A DNA stretch of 64,000 nucleotides from Candidatus Hypereutrophica brisbanensis (GTDB lineage Bacteria; Pseudomonadota; Alphaproteobacteria; Pelagibacterales; Pelagibacteraceae): NCBI GenBank assembly GCA_038147375.2, contig JAYQTL020000005.1, positions 10,218 to 74,217 on the forward strand. The letters run 5' to 3'. Position numbers and translations under genes: made by a program. This document shows, one piece after another, positions 10,734 through 20,649 of the stretch. The notes beneath the pieces are model-generated. The model made no database searches. It was not told the DNA's origin and worked only from the letters and a program-made list of their open reading frames with translations. The stretch's first letter is position 1. Each line of letters begins with the position of its first letter.

Positions 10734-10925
10734 TTATTTGTGATCGTCAAAATATGACTTCAATTCAACTACCATCATGATTAAAGCCATACCCATAATG
10801 ATATAAACTGGAAGTACATCAAAAAAACCAATCAATCTAGATCTTGTTAAAGTAGTAGCAAGACCAATTAAAAAAATAGCTGGAAGTATAGTTCCTAAAA
10901 TTGCTGCAATTTTATTTATGTCCAT
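10734..10925 (-). CDS. Small two-helix membrane protein, unknown function
   Basis: 63 aa, two hydrophobic segments; ATG overlaps amidase stop (TAATG) and fills the gap in the operon. Confidence 0.75.
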   Translation of the reverse strand: MDINKIAAILGTILPAIFLIGLATTLTRSRLIGFFDVLPVYIIMGMALIMMVVELKSYFDDHK

Positions 10926-12259
10926 TATTTTTTTGCTCCTATTTTTTTAATTAACCAGTTTGCAGTTCTAAGTGTTCGACTATCGTCTAGCTTATCTCCC
11001 ACAAGCTGAATTCCTAAAGGTAGATTATTAGATCCTTGTAGGATTGGCAATGAAATTGATGGAAGACCTAAATAAGTCCAAATAGTTGAAAATTCTGGGC
11101 TTCCAGTTGATTTTAAACCCTCAGGCGCTACGCCTGTTGAGGCAGGTGTTAATACACCATGATAATCATGAAACACTTCTTTAAAATCATTATAAATAAA
11201 ATCTCTATATTCAAGCGCTTCTGCATACTCACTAGATTTATAATTTAATCCTCTTTCGATTGCCTCAATAAGTTTTGCTCCCATTTGTTTTTTATAGTTC
11301 TTATAATAATCTCTATAACTATAAGCCATATCAGTTTCATGAATGACTTTTTGATAATTAAAAATATCATCAAAGTAAGTGAGGTTTTCCTCAACTTTAA
11401 TAAATGCCTCGTGCTTACTTAAAAATTTTTCAATAATTTTTTGATTTTCTTTATCAATATTTTTCCACTTCGATGTTTTAAAGAAAACAAATTTTTGATC
11501 AAAAGGTGGTTCTGATTTTGCAATCTCGACCATGTCATCGGACGAATAATTAATTGTGGAATTATCTTGCGTATCTTTTTTTATTAAAACTTTTGTAATT
11601 AAAGCTAGGTCTTCAATCGTTCTAGAAAAAATTCCAACTTGATCTAAAAAATGAGATTGCTTTAAAATACCTTGTCGAGAGATTAAACCGTAGGATGGTT
11701 TAAAACCAATTACACCACAATAAGAGGCTGGCCTTATAGTAGATCCATTGGTTTGTGAGCCAATCGCAAGTGGTGCCATATAAGCAGCAACAGCTGCTGC
11801 TGAACCGCTTGAAGATCCACCTGGAGTTCTATTGTGGTCATGGGGATTTGTTGTTGGGCCTGGATCAAAATAAGCAAACTCAGTCGTAACTGTTTTGCCC
11901 ATAATGATAGCACCAGCCGATAAAAGTAAATTAATGATGAAAGCATCATCTTTGGTACGAATACCCTCTCTAATTTTAGTACCACATCCAGTTGGCATAT
12001 CATTTGTGCTGATGATGTCTTTTATAGCTACAGGCAATCCATGTAAGGGTCCTAGAGGCTTTCCTGAAAGCCTATATTCATCTGCATGCTTTGCTCTTTC
12101 TAATAAATATTCTTTATCGAAATAAGCCCAAGCTTTTACGTCTTTTTCAAATTTTTCTATTCGATTGATATAACTTTGACAAACTTCTACAGAAGAGTTT
12201 TTTCCTTTTTTTATTCTTTCAATAAGATCAGTAGCGCTTAGTAAACAAAGATCTTCCAT
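10925..12259 (-). CDS. Amidase-signature family enzyme (malonamidase E2-like)
   Basis: AIKD (Lys), PGGSSSGS, GSQTNGSTIRPASYCG: Lys-cisSer-Ser triad; no gatC/gatB neighbours. Confidence 0.9.
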   Translation of the reverse strand: MEDLCLLSATDLIERIKKGKNSSVEVCQSYINRIEKFEKDVKAWAYFDKEYLLERAKHADEYRLSGKPLGPLHGLPVAIKDIISTNDMPTGCGTKIREGIRTKDDAFIINLLLSAGAIIMGKTVTTEFAYFDPGPTTNPHDHNRTPGGSSSGSAAAVAAYMAPLAIGSQTNGSTIRPASYCGVIGFKPSYGLISRQGILKQSHFLDQVGIFSRTIEDLALITKVLIKKDTQDNSTINYSSDDMVEIAKSEPPFDQKFVFFKTSKWKNIDKENQKIIEKFLSKHEAFIKVEENLTYFDDIFNYQKVIHETDMAYSYRDYYKNYKKQMGAKLIEAIERGLNYKSSEYAEALEYRDFIYNDFKEVFHDYHGVLTPASTGVAPEGLKSTGSPEFSTIWTYLGLPSISLPILQGSNNLPLGIQLVGDKLDDSRTLRTANWLIKKIGAKK

Positions 12260-12277
12260 AGTAAGAAAATTTAACTA

Positions 12278-13630
12278 TTAAGCTGGACCAAATAATGCTT
12301 CGGGTAACCAAAGGGCTAAACCTGGAAAATTATACATTATAATCATTGCCAGTATTACTATAGCTAAGAAAGGCATAATACCTTTAAAGATATCCATTAG
12401 TTCAACATTCTTAGATTGAACACCTTTCAAATAATAAGCCGACATTGCCATAGGTGGAGTCAAAAACGATGTTTGTAAATTTAAAGCAATTAACATTGCA
12501 AACATGTAAGGGTTAACTCCAAATTTTTCTAAAAGCGGCAGGAATATTGGAACGAAGATAATTAAAATTTCAGTCCATTCTAATGGCCAGCCTAATAAGA
12601 AAATAATAATTTGAGTGATAACTAAAAACTGCCAAGTCTCTAATTGTAATCCATTAAAAAAGTGTTCAAAAATTTCATGACCACCTAAGTAAGAGAATAC
12701 TGACGCAAATGTCCATGAACCCACGAATAACCACATAATCATTGCTGATGTTTTTGCAGTTAAAAAGACTGACTCTTTAAAAGCCTTCCAAGTAAGTGTC
12801 TTATAAAAATAAGACATGACCAATGAACCAAAGGCACCTACAGCTGCTGCCTCAGCAGGAGTAGCAAAGCCTCCCAGAATTGTTCCAAGTACTAAAATAA
12901 TTAAACCAAAAAGAGGTAAAAAAGATATCAATACCTCTTTAATAATAACTGATGTTTCGGGTATCTCCTCTGCTTTAGGTTTCGGAGCTACTTCTGGCTT
13001 CATAATTGCTAATATAATCGAGTAAACAATATATAAGCCTGCAAGCATTAAGCCTGGCAGCATAGCAGCTGCAAAAAGTCTTAATGGAGATAATTGTGCA
13101 ATTACTGCATATACAATCAACATAATACTTGGCGGAATTAAAATTCCTAAACAACCACCTGCGCAAATTACACCTGATGCAAATTTTTTATCATAACCTG
13201 CTTTAACCATTGCTGGCCAAGCTAAAAGACCCATTAGCGTTACTACTGCTCCAATTATTCCTGTTGCTGTAGAGAAAAGAGCACATGTAATTAAAGCTGC
13301 AACTGCCATTGATGCTGGGAGCCTATGTGAAGCAAGTCGAATTGCAAAAAATAATTTAGCAACAATTCCTGCTCTCTCAACTAAGTATCCCATAAACAAA
13401 AAGAGAGGCACAGCTGTTAGAACGTGATTGTCCATAACAGAATAAGTATTTTGTACTACTAAATCAAAAATTCGATTGTCAAAAATAGTCTCCATTTTTG
13501 CCATATCGAAATAAGCATAGTAACCAAACGCGACACCCATTGCTAATAAGGTAAATGCTATAGGAAATCCTAAAAGCACCATGAACAAAAAGATGCCCAT
13601 CATGAAAAGAGCAACTTGTGGGTTTGTCAT
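12278..13630 (-). CDS. dctM: TRAP transporter large permease (DctM)
   Basis: GFPIAFTL, AVPLFLFMG, GILIPPSIMLIVY, FLTPP; start likely ATG 13630 (MTNPQ). Confidence 0.93.
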   Translation of the reverse strand: MTNPQVALFMMGIFLFMVLLGFPIAFTLLAMGVAFGYYAYFDMAKMETIFDNRIFDLVVQNTYSVMDNHVLTAVPLFLFMGYLVERAGIVAKLFFAIRLASHRLPASMAVAALITCALFSTATGIIGAVVTLMGLLAWPAMVKAGYDKKFASGVICAGGCLGILIPPSIMLIVYAVIAQLSPLRLFAAAMLPGLMLAGLYIVYSIILAIMKPEVAPKPKAEEIPETSVIIKEVLISFLPLFGLIILVLGTILGGFATPAEAAAVGAFGSLVMSYFYKTLTWKAFKESVFLTAKTSAMIMWLFVGSWTFASVFSYLGGHEIFEHFFNGLQLETWQFLVITQIIIFLLGWPLEWTEILIIFVPIFLPLLEKFGVNPYMFAMLIALNLQTSFLTPPMAMSAYYLKGVQSKNVELMDIFKGIMPFLAIVILAMIIMYNFPGLALWLPEALFGPA

Positions 13631-13631
13631 A

Positions 13632-14215
13632 CTAAATAACATCTGCTTTATCCTCTTCCTGTGAAGTTCTCATTAATATTTTTTCTGTTTCTTCAGCAAC
13701 AACTAGTCTTGATGGCCAATGACCAGTTCTGATTGCGATGATGCATCTCATGACTTCACTAATACCTTGTATAATTAATAAAAACCAGCAACTGGAATTA
13801 AAGTTTTTGACATATAAATTTGTATCTGAGCTGGACTATTCCAACTTGTCTCATGCGACTTCCAAGCATTGTGTGCATAGTCTATTCCTGAAAATGCTAA
13901 TGCACAAATTCCTGGAAAGAAAAATAAAAAGTATAGAACTAAATCAATTTTAGCTTGGGTCTTAACAGAAAATAAACGGTAAATTACATCTCCTCTTACA
14001 TGGGCTTCTGTAGATAACGTATATGCGCCTGCCATAATAAATAACGCACCGTACATTTGTAAGCTAAAATCAAAATTCCAAAGCGTAGGAGCATTAAACA
14101 CATAGCCTACGATAACTTCATAAACTGTACCAAAAGTTAAAACTACTATACACCAGGCAAAACCTTTACCTACCCAGGTGCTTAAGTGATCTGCGAATTG
14201 AATATATGATTTCAT
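13632..14215 (-). CDS. dctQ: TRAP transporter small permease (DctQ), 1-base frameshift at ~13780-13784
   Basis: YEV..Y.FNAPT.W, HVRGD motifs; one added T in the T5 run gives ...GFLLIIQGISEVMRCIIAIRTGHWPSR...DVI* ending next to the dctM start. Confidence 0.88.
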
Positions 14216-14288
14216 CCCTCAATAAAATTTTTAGAAGACTAGAATAAAAAATAAGACAAGTCTATTTTATTTTACCTAATAAACTAAT

Positions 14289-14320
14289 AAAAAAGGGGCA
14301 GAAATTTACTTCTGCCCCTT
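14289..14320 (-). terminator. Intrinsic terminator between dctP and dctQ
   Basis: AAGGGGCAGAA / TTCTGCCCCTT stem followed by a U-tract on the minus strand, just after the dctP stop. Confidence 0.88.
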
Positions 14321-14341
14321 AAATTTAGATCAAATTATGAA

Positions 14342-15496
14342 CTAAATCTTAACTTTAGCTGGGTCACCAAATGTATTAGTGTACGCCAATCTATAGTTAG
14401 GTTGGTTCATAAATAGATATTTCATAACTTTTTTAGCATAAGCTTGCTGTGATTTAACGATTTCGTCAAATAAAGCATCTTTTCTAAAGTCAGCCATTAC
14501 TTTATCCCAAGCTTTTAATTGCTCGTTCAAGATCTCATCAGAAGTTTGGTAAACGTTAACTCCACTTTCGTTCATTAACTTACCAAGGTCTGTTGAGTAT
14601 CTAACAAGAGCTTTGAAATAATTATCTGTGTTCGCAGCATACGAAGCGTTTTTAATAATCGCTTGGTGCGCAGGAGATAAATTATTGAAAGTTTTCTTGT
14701 TGAAATGCATTTCAAACATCTCTTGAGATTGGTGGAAGCTTCCTAAGTGATAGTGCTTAGAAACGTCTTGCATACCAAAGTTTTTATCAGATGTAGGGTT
14801 GTTAAATTCCGCTGCATCGATAAGACCAGTTTTCATTGCTGGTTGGATTTCTCCTCCTGGCAATTGTCTAACAACCATTCCCATTTCAGTAAGAACGTTT
14901 GTTGCTAAACCTACTGTTCTGTATTTCATACCTTTAACATCAGATACTTTTGTTACGTTCTTTTTGAACCAACCAAAAGGCTGAGCAGGCATTGGCATTG
15001 CGAAGAAACCAACTACGTCTAGTCCGATTGTTGAAAGAGTTTTTTCATATAATGCTCTTCCACCACCGTACTCAATCCATCCCATTAACTCTTGAGATGA
15101 GAAACCGTATGAAGGTCCTGTTCCGAATAAAGAAGCGGCTGGGTTTTTACCATACCAATATGCTGTCACTGAGTGAGAAGCATCTACAACTCCTTTACTT
15201 ACACCGTCAGCAATCTCTGCAGTTTTTAATACTGCACCAACTGGAAGAACTTCAATTTTAAGATCTCCACCTGACATTGTGTTAACCATGTTTGCATAGT
15301 CTGTTGCCATTTCGAAGAAGATATCTCCCCCTGAAGGCCAAGCAGCTTGCATCTTTAAAGTTACTGGTGCACCAAAAGCAATATTAGGCATTGCAACTGA
15401 AGCAGCAGCAGCTGCACCCGTTGCAGCAGCAGCTTTAAAGAAACTTCGTCTAGAAGGAGCTTTAATTCCTTTTAGATCTTTTTTCTTTTTAGACAT
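14342..15496 (-). CDS. dctP: TRAP substrate-binding protein (TakP/DctP-like), Tat-exported
   Basis: SRRSFFK twin-arginine signal, LKMQAAW, YWYGK, KYRTVG (conserved Arg), DAAEFNNP; strong RBS AAGGGAG. Confidence 0.92.
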   Translation of the reverse strand: MSKKKKDLKGIKAPSRRSFFKAAAATGAAAAASVAMPNIAFGAPVTLKMQAAWPSGGDIFFEMATDYANMVNTMSGGDLKIEVLPVGAVLKTAEIADGVSKGVVDASHSVTAYWYGKNPAASLFGTGPSYGFSSQELMGWIEYGGGRALYEKTLSTIGLDVVGFFAMPMPAQPFGWFKKNVTKVSDVKGMKYRTVGLATNVLTEMGMVVRQLPGGEIQPAMKTGLIDAAEFNNPTSDKNFGMQDVSKHYHLGSFHQSQEMFEMHFNKKTFNNLSPAHQAIIKNASYAANTDNYFKALVRYSTDLGKLMNESGVNVYQTSDEILNEQLKAWDKVMADFRKDALFDEIVKSQQAYAKKVMKYLFMNQPNYRLAYTNTFGDPAKVKI

Positions 15497-15645
15497 ATTT
15501 TTTGTCTCCCTTGTTTAATGTTAACATTTATTAATGCTGTAATTTAAGCATAGTTTTTAATGAGAGTCATAATGATTTTTTTAAATATCTAGTAAATATA
15601 TTTGTTGAAAAAACTATTTAAGTAGATCTACAACTTAAAGATGTA

Positions 15646-16599
15646 TTAATTAACTTGGTCTTTTGCTTTCCCAGTTTTGAAGAAACTTTCAAGGTTTTCA
15701 GTGGCTCTATATCCCATATCCCAACGCGTTCTTTTTGTTGCACTGCCGAGATGAGGTAGTACAAAAATATTATCCAGCTTTAAATACTCTGGATGGATTT
15801 TGGGCTCGCCATTGTAAACGTCTATACCTAAAGCAAAAACTCTTTTTGATTTTAACGCGTCTACCATTGCATCATCATCGACAATATCTCCTCTCGCAGC
15901 ATTAGCGATTACAGGGTTTTTTGGAAGATAGCCTATGGTTTCTTTATTAATTAATTTTAAAGTTTCCTTAGTTGCTGGACAGTTGATTGATAAAAATTCA
16001 CTTTGCTCAAATAAGCTTTTAATTGTGGAATGATAAATAGCACCATCCTCTAAGTCTTTGGGCAATCGATTTCTATTATGGTAATGAATAGTCATACCAA
16101 AACCTTTGGCTCTACGAGCTACAGCTCTACCAATTCTTCCCATTCCTAAAATACCTAATTTTTTATTAGACATTTGTTTTCCTAATAAGAAATTAGCAGA
16201 CCATTTCCAATCTTGCTTTTCAGCAGCTCTTCTTGCTTCTAAAACTTTTCTTGAAGCTCCTAAAAGTAAAAGAATAGCAATGTCAGCAGTAGCGTCATCT
16301 AAAACTTCTGGGGTATTAGTCACTACAATATTTCTTTTTTTTGCTGCATTAATATCAATGTTTCCAAACCCAACAGCAAAATTTGCTATTATTTTTACAG
16401 AAGGCGAAAGTTTATTAATAAGAGCTTCGTCAAATTTATCTGTAATCGCAGATAAAATACCATCACAATCTTTTGAAAGTTCTTTAATTTTGTCAGATGA
16501 ATATAATTCATCATTTTGATTAAGTTTAACATCAAAAAGTTCTTTTAACTTCTCTTCATTTTCTTTTAATAATTTTCGGGTTACTAAAACTTTTTTCAT
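15646..16599 (-). CDS. D-2-hydroxyacid dehydrogenase (glyoxylate/hydroxypyruvate reductase type)
   Basis: VGFGNID, VTNTPEVL, GMGRIG, ARGDIVD, LPHLGSAT. Confidence 0.9.
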   Translation of the reverse strand: MKKVLVTRKLLKENEEKLKELFDVKLNQNDELYSSDKIKELSKDCDGILSAITDKFDEALINKLSPSVKIIANFAVGFGNIDINAAKKRNIVVTNTPEVLDDATADIAILLLLGASRKVLEARRAAEKQDWKWSANFLLGKQMSNKKLGILGMGRIGRAVARRAKGFGMTIHYHNRNRLPKDLEDGAIYHSTIKSLFEQSEFLSINCPATKETLKLINKETIGYLPKNPVIANAARGDIVDDDAMVDALKSKRVFALGIDVYNGEPKIHPEYLKLDNIFVLPHLGSATKRTRWDMGYRATENLESFFKTGKAKDQVN

Positions 16600-17891
16600 A
16601 AATTTAATAATTTAGTTGGTTTTGGTCCACCCGTTAACCAATCAATAACTTCAACGGTATGAACGATGGGTATATTAGTTCCGCTAGCAATCTGCGTCAT
16701 GCACCCTACATTGCCTGTTGAAATAAAATCTGGGCTTACTTTTTCTATATTGTTAATTTTGTTTTTTAATAATTGACTAGCTATTTTTTGTTGTAAAATA
16801 TTATAAGTCCCAGCTGAACCACAACAAAGATGCCCCTCTGGGATATTTAAAACTTCATTTCCAGTTCTTTTAATTAAATCAATAGGTTGTTGATGAACCT
16901 TCTGACCATGTTGCATGGAGCAAGGCGAGTGATATGCAATTTTATAAGTTTTATCAGATTCTTTAAAATTTAATTTAATATTTTTATCTAAAAACTCACT
17001 TATGTCTTTTGTGAGCTCTGATATTTTTTTTGCTTTTTTCTTTAACTCTTTATCGTCTCTAAAAATAAAACCATAATCTTTAAGTGTCGTTCCGCATCCA
17101 GAAGTATTACTGATAATAGCTGTTAAACCATTGTTTAAATATTCATCATACCAAAGATTAATATTTTTTTTAAAAAGTGCATGCGCAGCATTATCTTTTC
17201 CCATGTGATGATCTAAAGAACCACAGCAATTTATTTCGGGCAAAACAACAACCTCTACATTATGACGGTTAAGCAATCGAATAGTTGACTCGTTTATCTC
17301 TGGAGAGATTTCTCTTTGAACACATCCTGTTAGCAAAGCAACTCTAGCTATTTGTTTGTCTTTATCTACTGGGTAAACTTTTTGATCTTTTAAAGTTTTT
17401 TTAGGTAATTTCGCTGGCATCAATTTCATCGAATTTTTTATAAATTCAGGAAAAATAAAACTAATGGGTCTTACAATGTTTACTGACCAAGCTAAAAATT
17501 TAAATATTTTTGGATTTGGCAATACAATAGAAAGAAGACTTCTAAATATTCTTTGAAAGATTGGCCTACTATAAGTCTTTTCAATATGACTTCTGCCATG
17601 ATCAATCATATGCATATAATTCACGCCTGAAGGACAAGTGGTCATACAAGAATAACAGGACAAACATCTGTCTAAATGCTCTACAATTTTTTCATTAGCA
17701 GGTTTGTTGTTTTCTAACATGTCTTTGATTAAATAAATTCTTCCTCTAGGCCCGTCTAACTCGTCGCCCAATAATTGATAGGTTGGACAAGTAGCATTAC
17801 ACATTCCACAATGAACACATTTTCTTACAATCTGCTCGACTGATTTATTTGTTTTATCTTTAAGTTGATCGGGTGAAAAAACTGTTTGCAT
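16596..17891 (-). CDS. glcF: Glycolate oxidase iron-sulfur subunit
   Basis: CVHCGMCNATCPTY, CLSCYSCMTTCPSGV, two CCG domains. Confidence 0.95.
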   Translation of the reverse strand: MQTVFSPDQLKDKTNKSVEQIVRKCVHCGMCNATCPTYQLLGDELDGPRGRIYLIKDMLENNKPANEKIVEHLDRCLSCYSCMTTCPSGVNYMHMIDHGRSHIEKTYSRPIFQRIFRSLLSIVLPNPKIFKFLAWSVNIVRPISFIFPEFIKNSMKLMPAKLPKKTLKDQKVYPVDKDKQIARVALLTGCVQREISPEINESTIRLLNRHNVEVVVLPEINCCGSLDHHMGKDNAAHALFKKNINLWYDEYLNNGLTAIISNTSGCGTTLKDYGFIFRDDKELKKKAKKISELTKDISEFLDKNIKLNFKESDKTYKIAYHSPCSMQHGQKVHQQPIDLIKRTGNEVLNIPEGHLCCGSAGTYNILQQKIASQLLKNKINNIEKVSPDFISTGNVGCMTQIASGTNIPIVHTVEVIDWLTGGPKPTKLLNL

Positions 17892-19151
17892 TATATTCCT
17901 GAGTACATTTTACCTGGGTTTAATATTCTTTTTGGATCAAAACTTTCTTTAATTTTTTCAGAAATTTTATATCTGATTTCATCTATTGAAAAAATATCAA
18001 CTGATGATTTTAAACTATCCTCGATTTTAATAACCGTTAAATATCCAGTGTAATTTAAAATAAGTTCTTTAATTTTTTTTAAATCCTCAGAATTTAACTT
18101 ATCCAATTGTAACCAAATTAAACTTCCACCCCAATCAATAAAATACTTTATATTATATGGCTTTAGCTTTGTTATTATCTCAAAAGTTTCACTAGGTGGC
18201 ACTATTACTCTAAGTAAATTTCCAGCTAAATTAGAAAATACTTTTAATGAAGACGTATTTTCCCAAAAAATATGAGACTGTTCTGGGTCTAGAATTGAAA
18301 TATCTTTTTTATCTACTTTTAGTTCTTGAATAAGTTTTTTTATTCTTTCGTCAATTGAGAGTTTAGAACCTTCAATTCTAATAGCTGAAAAAGGACCTTC
18401 GTTTGTTAAATCATTAAACGTAAATTCTTTTGAAAAAAATTCAGGATAAAATACAGCGCCTGATGGATCACTAGAAGATGCTAGCGCAGAGCTTAAATAT
18501 TCTAAGCCATTCTTTAAATGTGGATTTGCTATTACAAGCGTTTTAACAGAGTCAGGTTTAGGTAAAACTTTAATGGCAACTTCTGTAAAAACTGACAAAG
18601 TTCCATAAGAACCTGTTAAAATTTTACTTAAATCATAACCAGTCACATTTTTAACAACTGTTCCTCCTGATTTAATAATCTCACCTTTTCCATTCACACC
18701 TTTAAAACCTAAAAAGATGATCTCTGGCACTGCCTGACTTAAATCTTCTGGGACCTGCAAAATTACAAGCTAACACCCCTCCGATTGTTCCTTCATTTGA
18801 TTTACCAGAAAACAAAGGTCCAAAATCAATAGGTTCAAAAGCAAGTTGTTGGTTTTTTTTATCAATTGCCTCCTTTATTTCTTTTATAGGTGTTCCTGAT
18901 TTTACTTTTATGTAAAGCTCTTCTGGTTCGTACTTAATTATTCCAGAATAATTAGATAAATCTAAGACTTTTTGTGTTTGAAAATTTCTACCGATATTTT
19001 TTTTAGTATTTCTGCCCTGTATTTCAAGAGGGATATTTTTTCTATAACAACGCTTAACGATATCAGCAATTTGTTCTTCTGTTTCTGGCTTTAAGACTGA
19101 AGATTTAAAATCTTGGTAAGTCTGGGAACTTAGTTTTTCCTCCGTGGACAT
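17891..19151 (-). CDS. glcE: Glycolate oxidase FAD-binding subunit, 1-base frameshift at ~18711-18715
   Basis: YEPEEL, GTIGG, GPRRF..GSARDH in one frame and GG.VVKNVTGYDL in the next; removing one T gives RDHLLGFKGVNG; start uncertain. Confidence 0.9.
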
Positions 19152-20601
19152 GAACTCTCCCTTCTTCCGCACATTTTCTTAAAATTGGATAAACTTTACC
19201 TGGGTTTAACAATGTATTTGGATCAAGTGCTTTTTTTATATCTAGTTGCTGTTGAATGTCGTTATCGTTAAATGCTTCACACATCAATTCTCTCTTTTCA
19301 ATTCCAACTCCGTGCTCTCCAGTTAAAGCGCCTCCAACCTTTACGCAGTATTTTAAAATCTCAGAACCAAACTCCTCTGTTTTTCTCATCTGTTCCGGAT
19401 CGTTTGCATTAAACATAATTAAAGGATGTAAATTTCCATCTCCCGCATGAAAAGCATTAGCTACAGGTAATTGATATTTTTCTGACATTTTTTGAATTTC
19501 TTTTAATACTTCTGCAAGTTTACCTTTTGGAATCGACCCATCCATACACATATAGTCAGGAGCAAGATCTCCGCATGCAGGGAAAGCAGCTTTTCTTCCT
19601 GCCCAAAATTTTAATCTTTCTTCGTTTGATTTACTAATTTTTACGCTAGAGCATTTATTTTTTTTTGCTATTTCTTCAACTCTACTAATTAATTCGTTAA
19701 CTTCTGACTCTGTTCCATCTAGTTCAACAATCATCATGGCTTCTGCATCAACTGGATAGCCTGCTTTGCAATAATCATTTGTTGCTTTGGTTAAAGCCTT
19801 ATCCATTATTTCCATACCAGCAGGAATAATTCCTTTAGCAATAATTTCAGAGACACATCTACCTGCATCTTCAATGCTTGAGAAACCAATTAAAGCAGCT
19901 TTAGCCACTTCTGGACTTTTTAAAATTTTTACTGTCACTTCTGTGATTACACCCAACAAACCCTCTGAACCTGTCATCAAGCCTAATAAATCATAACCTT
20001 CAGCGTCTAGAGTTTTTCCGCCAAACCTTGTGATTGTTCCATCCATTAAAACAACCTGAATACCTAAAAGGTTATTAGTGGTAGCCCCATATTTTAAAGA
20101 GTGTACGCCTCCAGAATTTTCAGCAACATTACCGCCAATAGAACAAGCTAATTGACTTGATGGATCTGGTGCATAATAAAATTTATTATCTTGCACAGCA
20201 TGTGTAATTGCTAAATTAGTTACGCAAGGCTGAGCAACAACACATTTATTTTTATAATCAATTTCTAAAATTTTATTAAACTTTCCCATACCTAATAAAA
20301 CACAGTCTGCTAATGGCAAAGAACCACCAGATAAACCTGTGCCGGCACCACGTGGAACAACTTTTATTTTATGTTCGTTACAATATTTTAAAATCTTACT
20401 AACCTCTTCTACTGTTTCAGGTAAAACAACCAATAAAGGTTTTTGTTTATATGCCGCTAGAGCGTCTGTTTCATAGGGTCTAATTTCATCATCGTGGAAT
20501 AAAATGTTTTTACGATCAATAATATTTTCAAAATCAGAAACTATTTTATCTTTCATTGATAAAATCGACTTCTCAACTTTTGGCATTTGAAGATTTGTCA
20601 T
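19105..20601 (-). CDS. glcD: Glycolate oxidase subunit
   Basis: PRGAGTGLSGG, APDPSSQLACSIGGNVAENSGG, FHAGDGNLHP, GEHGVG. Confidence 0.95.
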   Translation of the reverse strand: MTNLQMPKVEKSILSMKDKIVSDFENIIDRKNILFHDDEIRPYETDALAAYKQKPLLVVLPETVEEVSKILKYCNEHKIKVVPRGAGTGLSGGSLPLADCVLLGMGKFNKILEIDYKNKCVVAQPCVTNLAITHAVQDNKFYYAPDPSSQLACSIGGNVAENSGGVHSLKYGATTNNLLGIQVVLMDGTITRFGGKTLDAEGYDLLGLMTGSEGLLGVITEVTVKILKSPEVAKAALIGFSSIEDAGRCVSEIIAKGIIPAGMEIMDKALTKATNDYCKAGYPVDAEAMMIVELDGTESEVNELISRVEEIAKKNKCSSVKISKSNEERLKFWAGRKAAFPACGDLAPDYMCMDGSIPKGKLAEVLKEIQKMSEKYQLPVANAFHAGDGNLHPLIMFNANDPEQMRKTEEFGSEILKYCVKVGGALTGEHGVGIEKRELMCEAFNDNDIQQQLDIKKALDPNTLLNPGKVYPILRKCAEEGRVHVHGGKTKFPDLPRF

Positions 20602-20649
20602 AAAATTATTCTATAATTATTATATTAATAGGTCAAAAAACAATGCAAG

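Noticed and set aside
10925-12259. Possible gatA
   Set aside because: No gatC/gatB neighbours, signature differs from GatA, and it lies in a transporter operon
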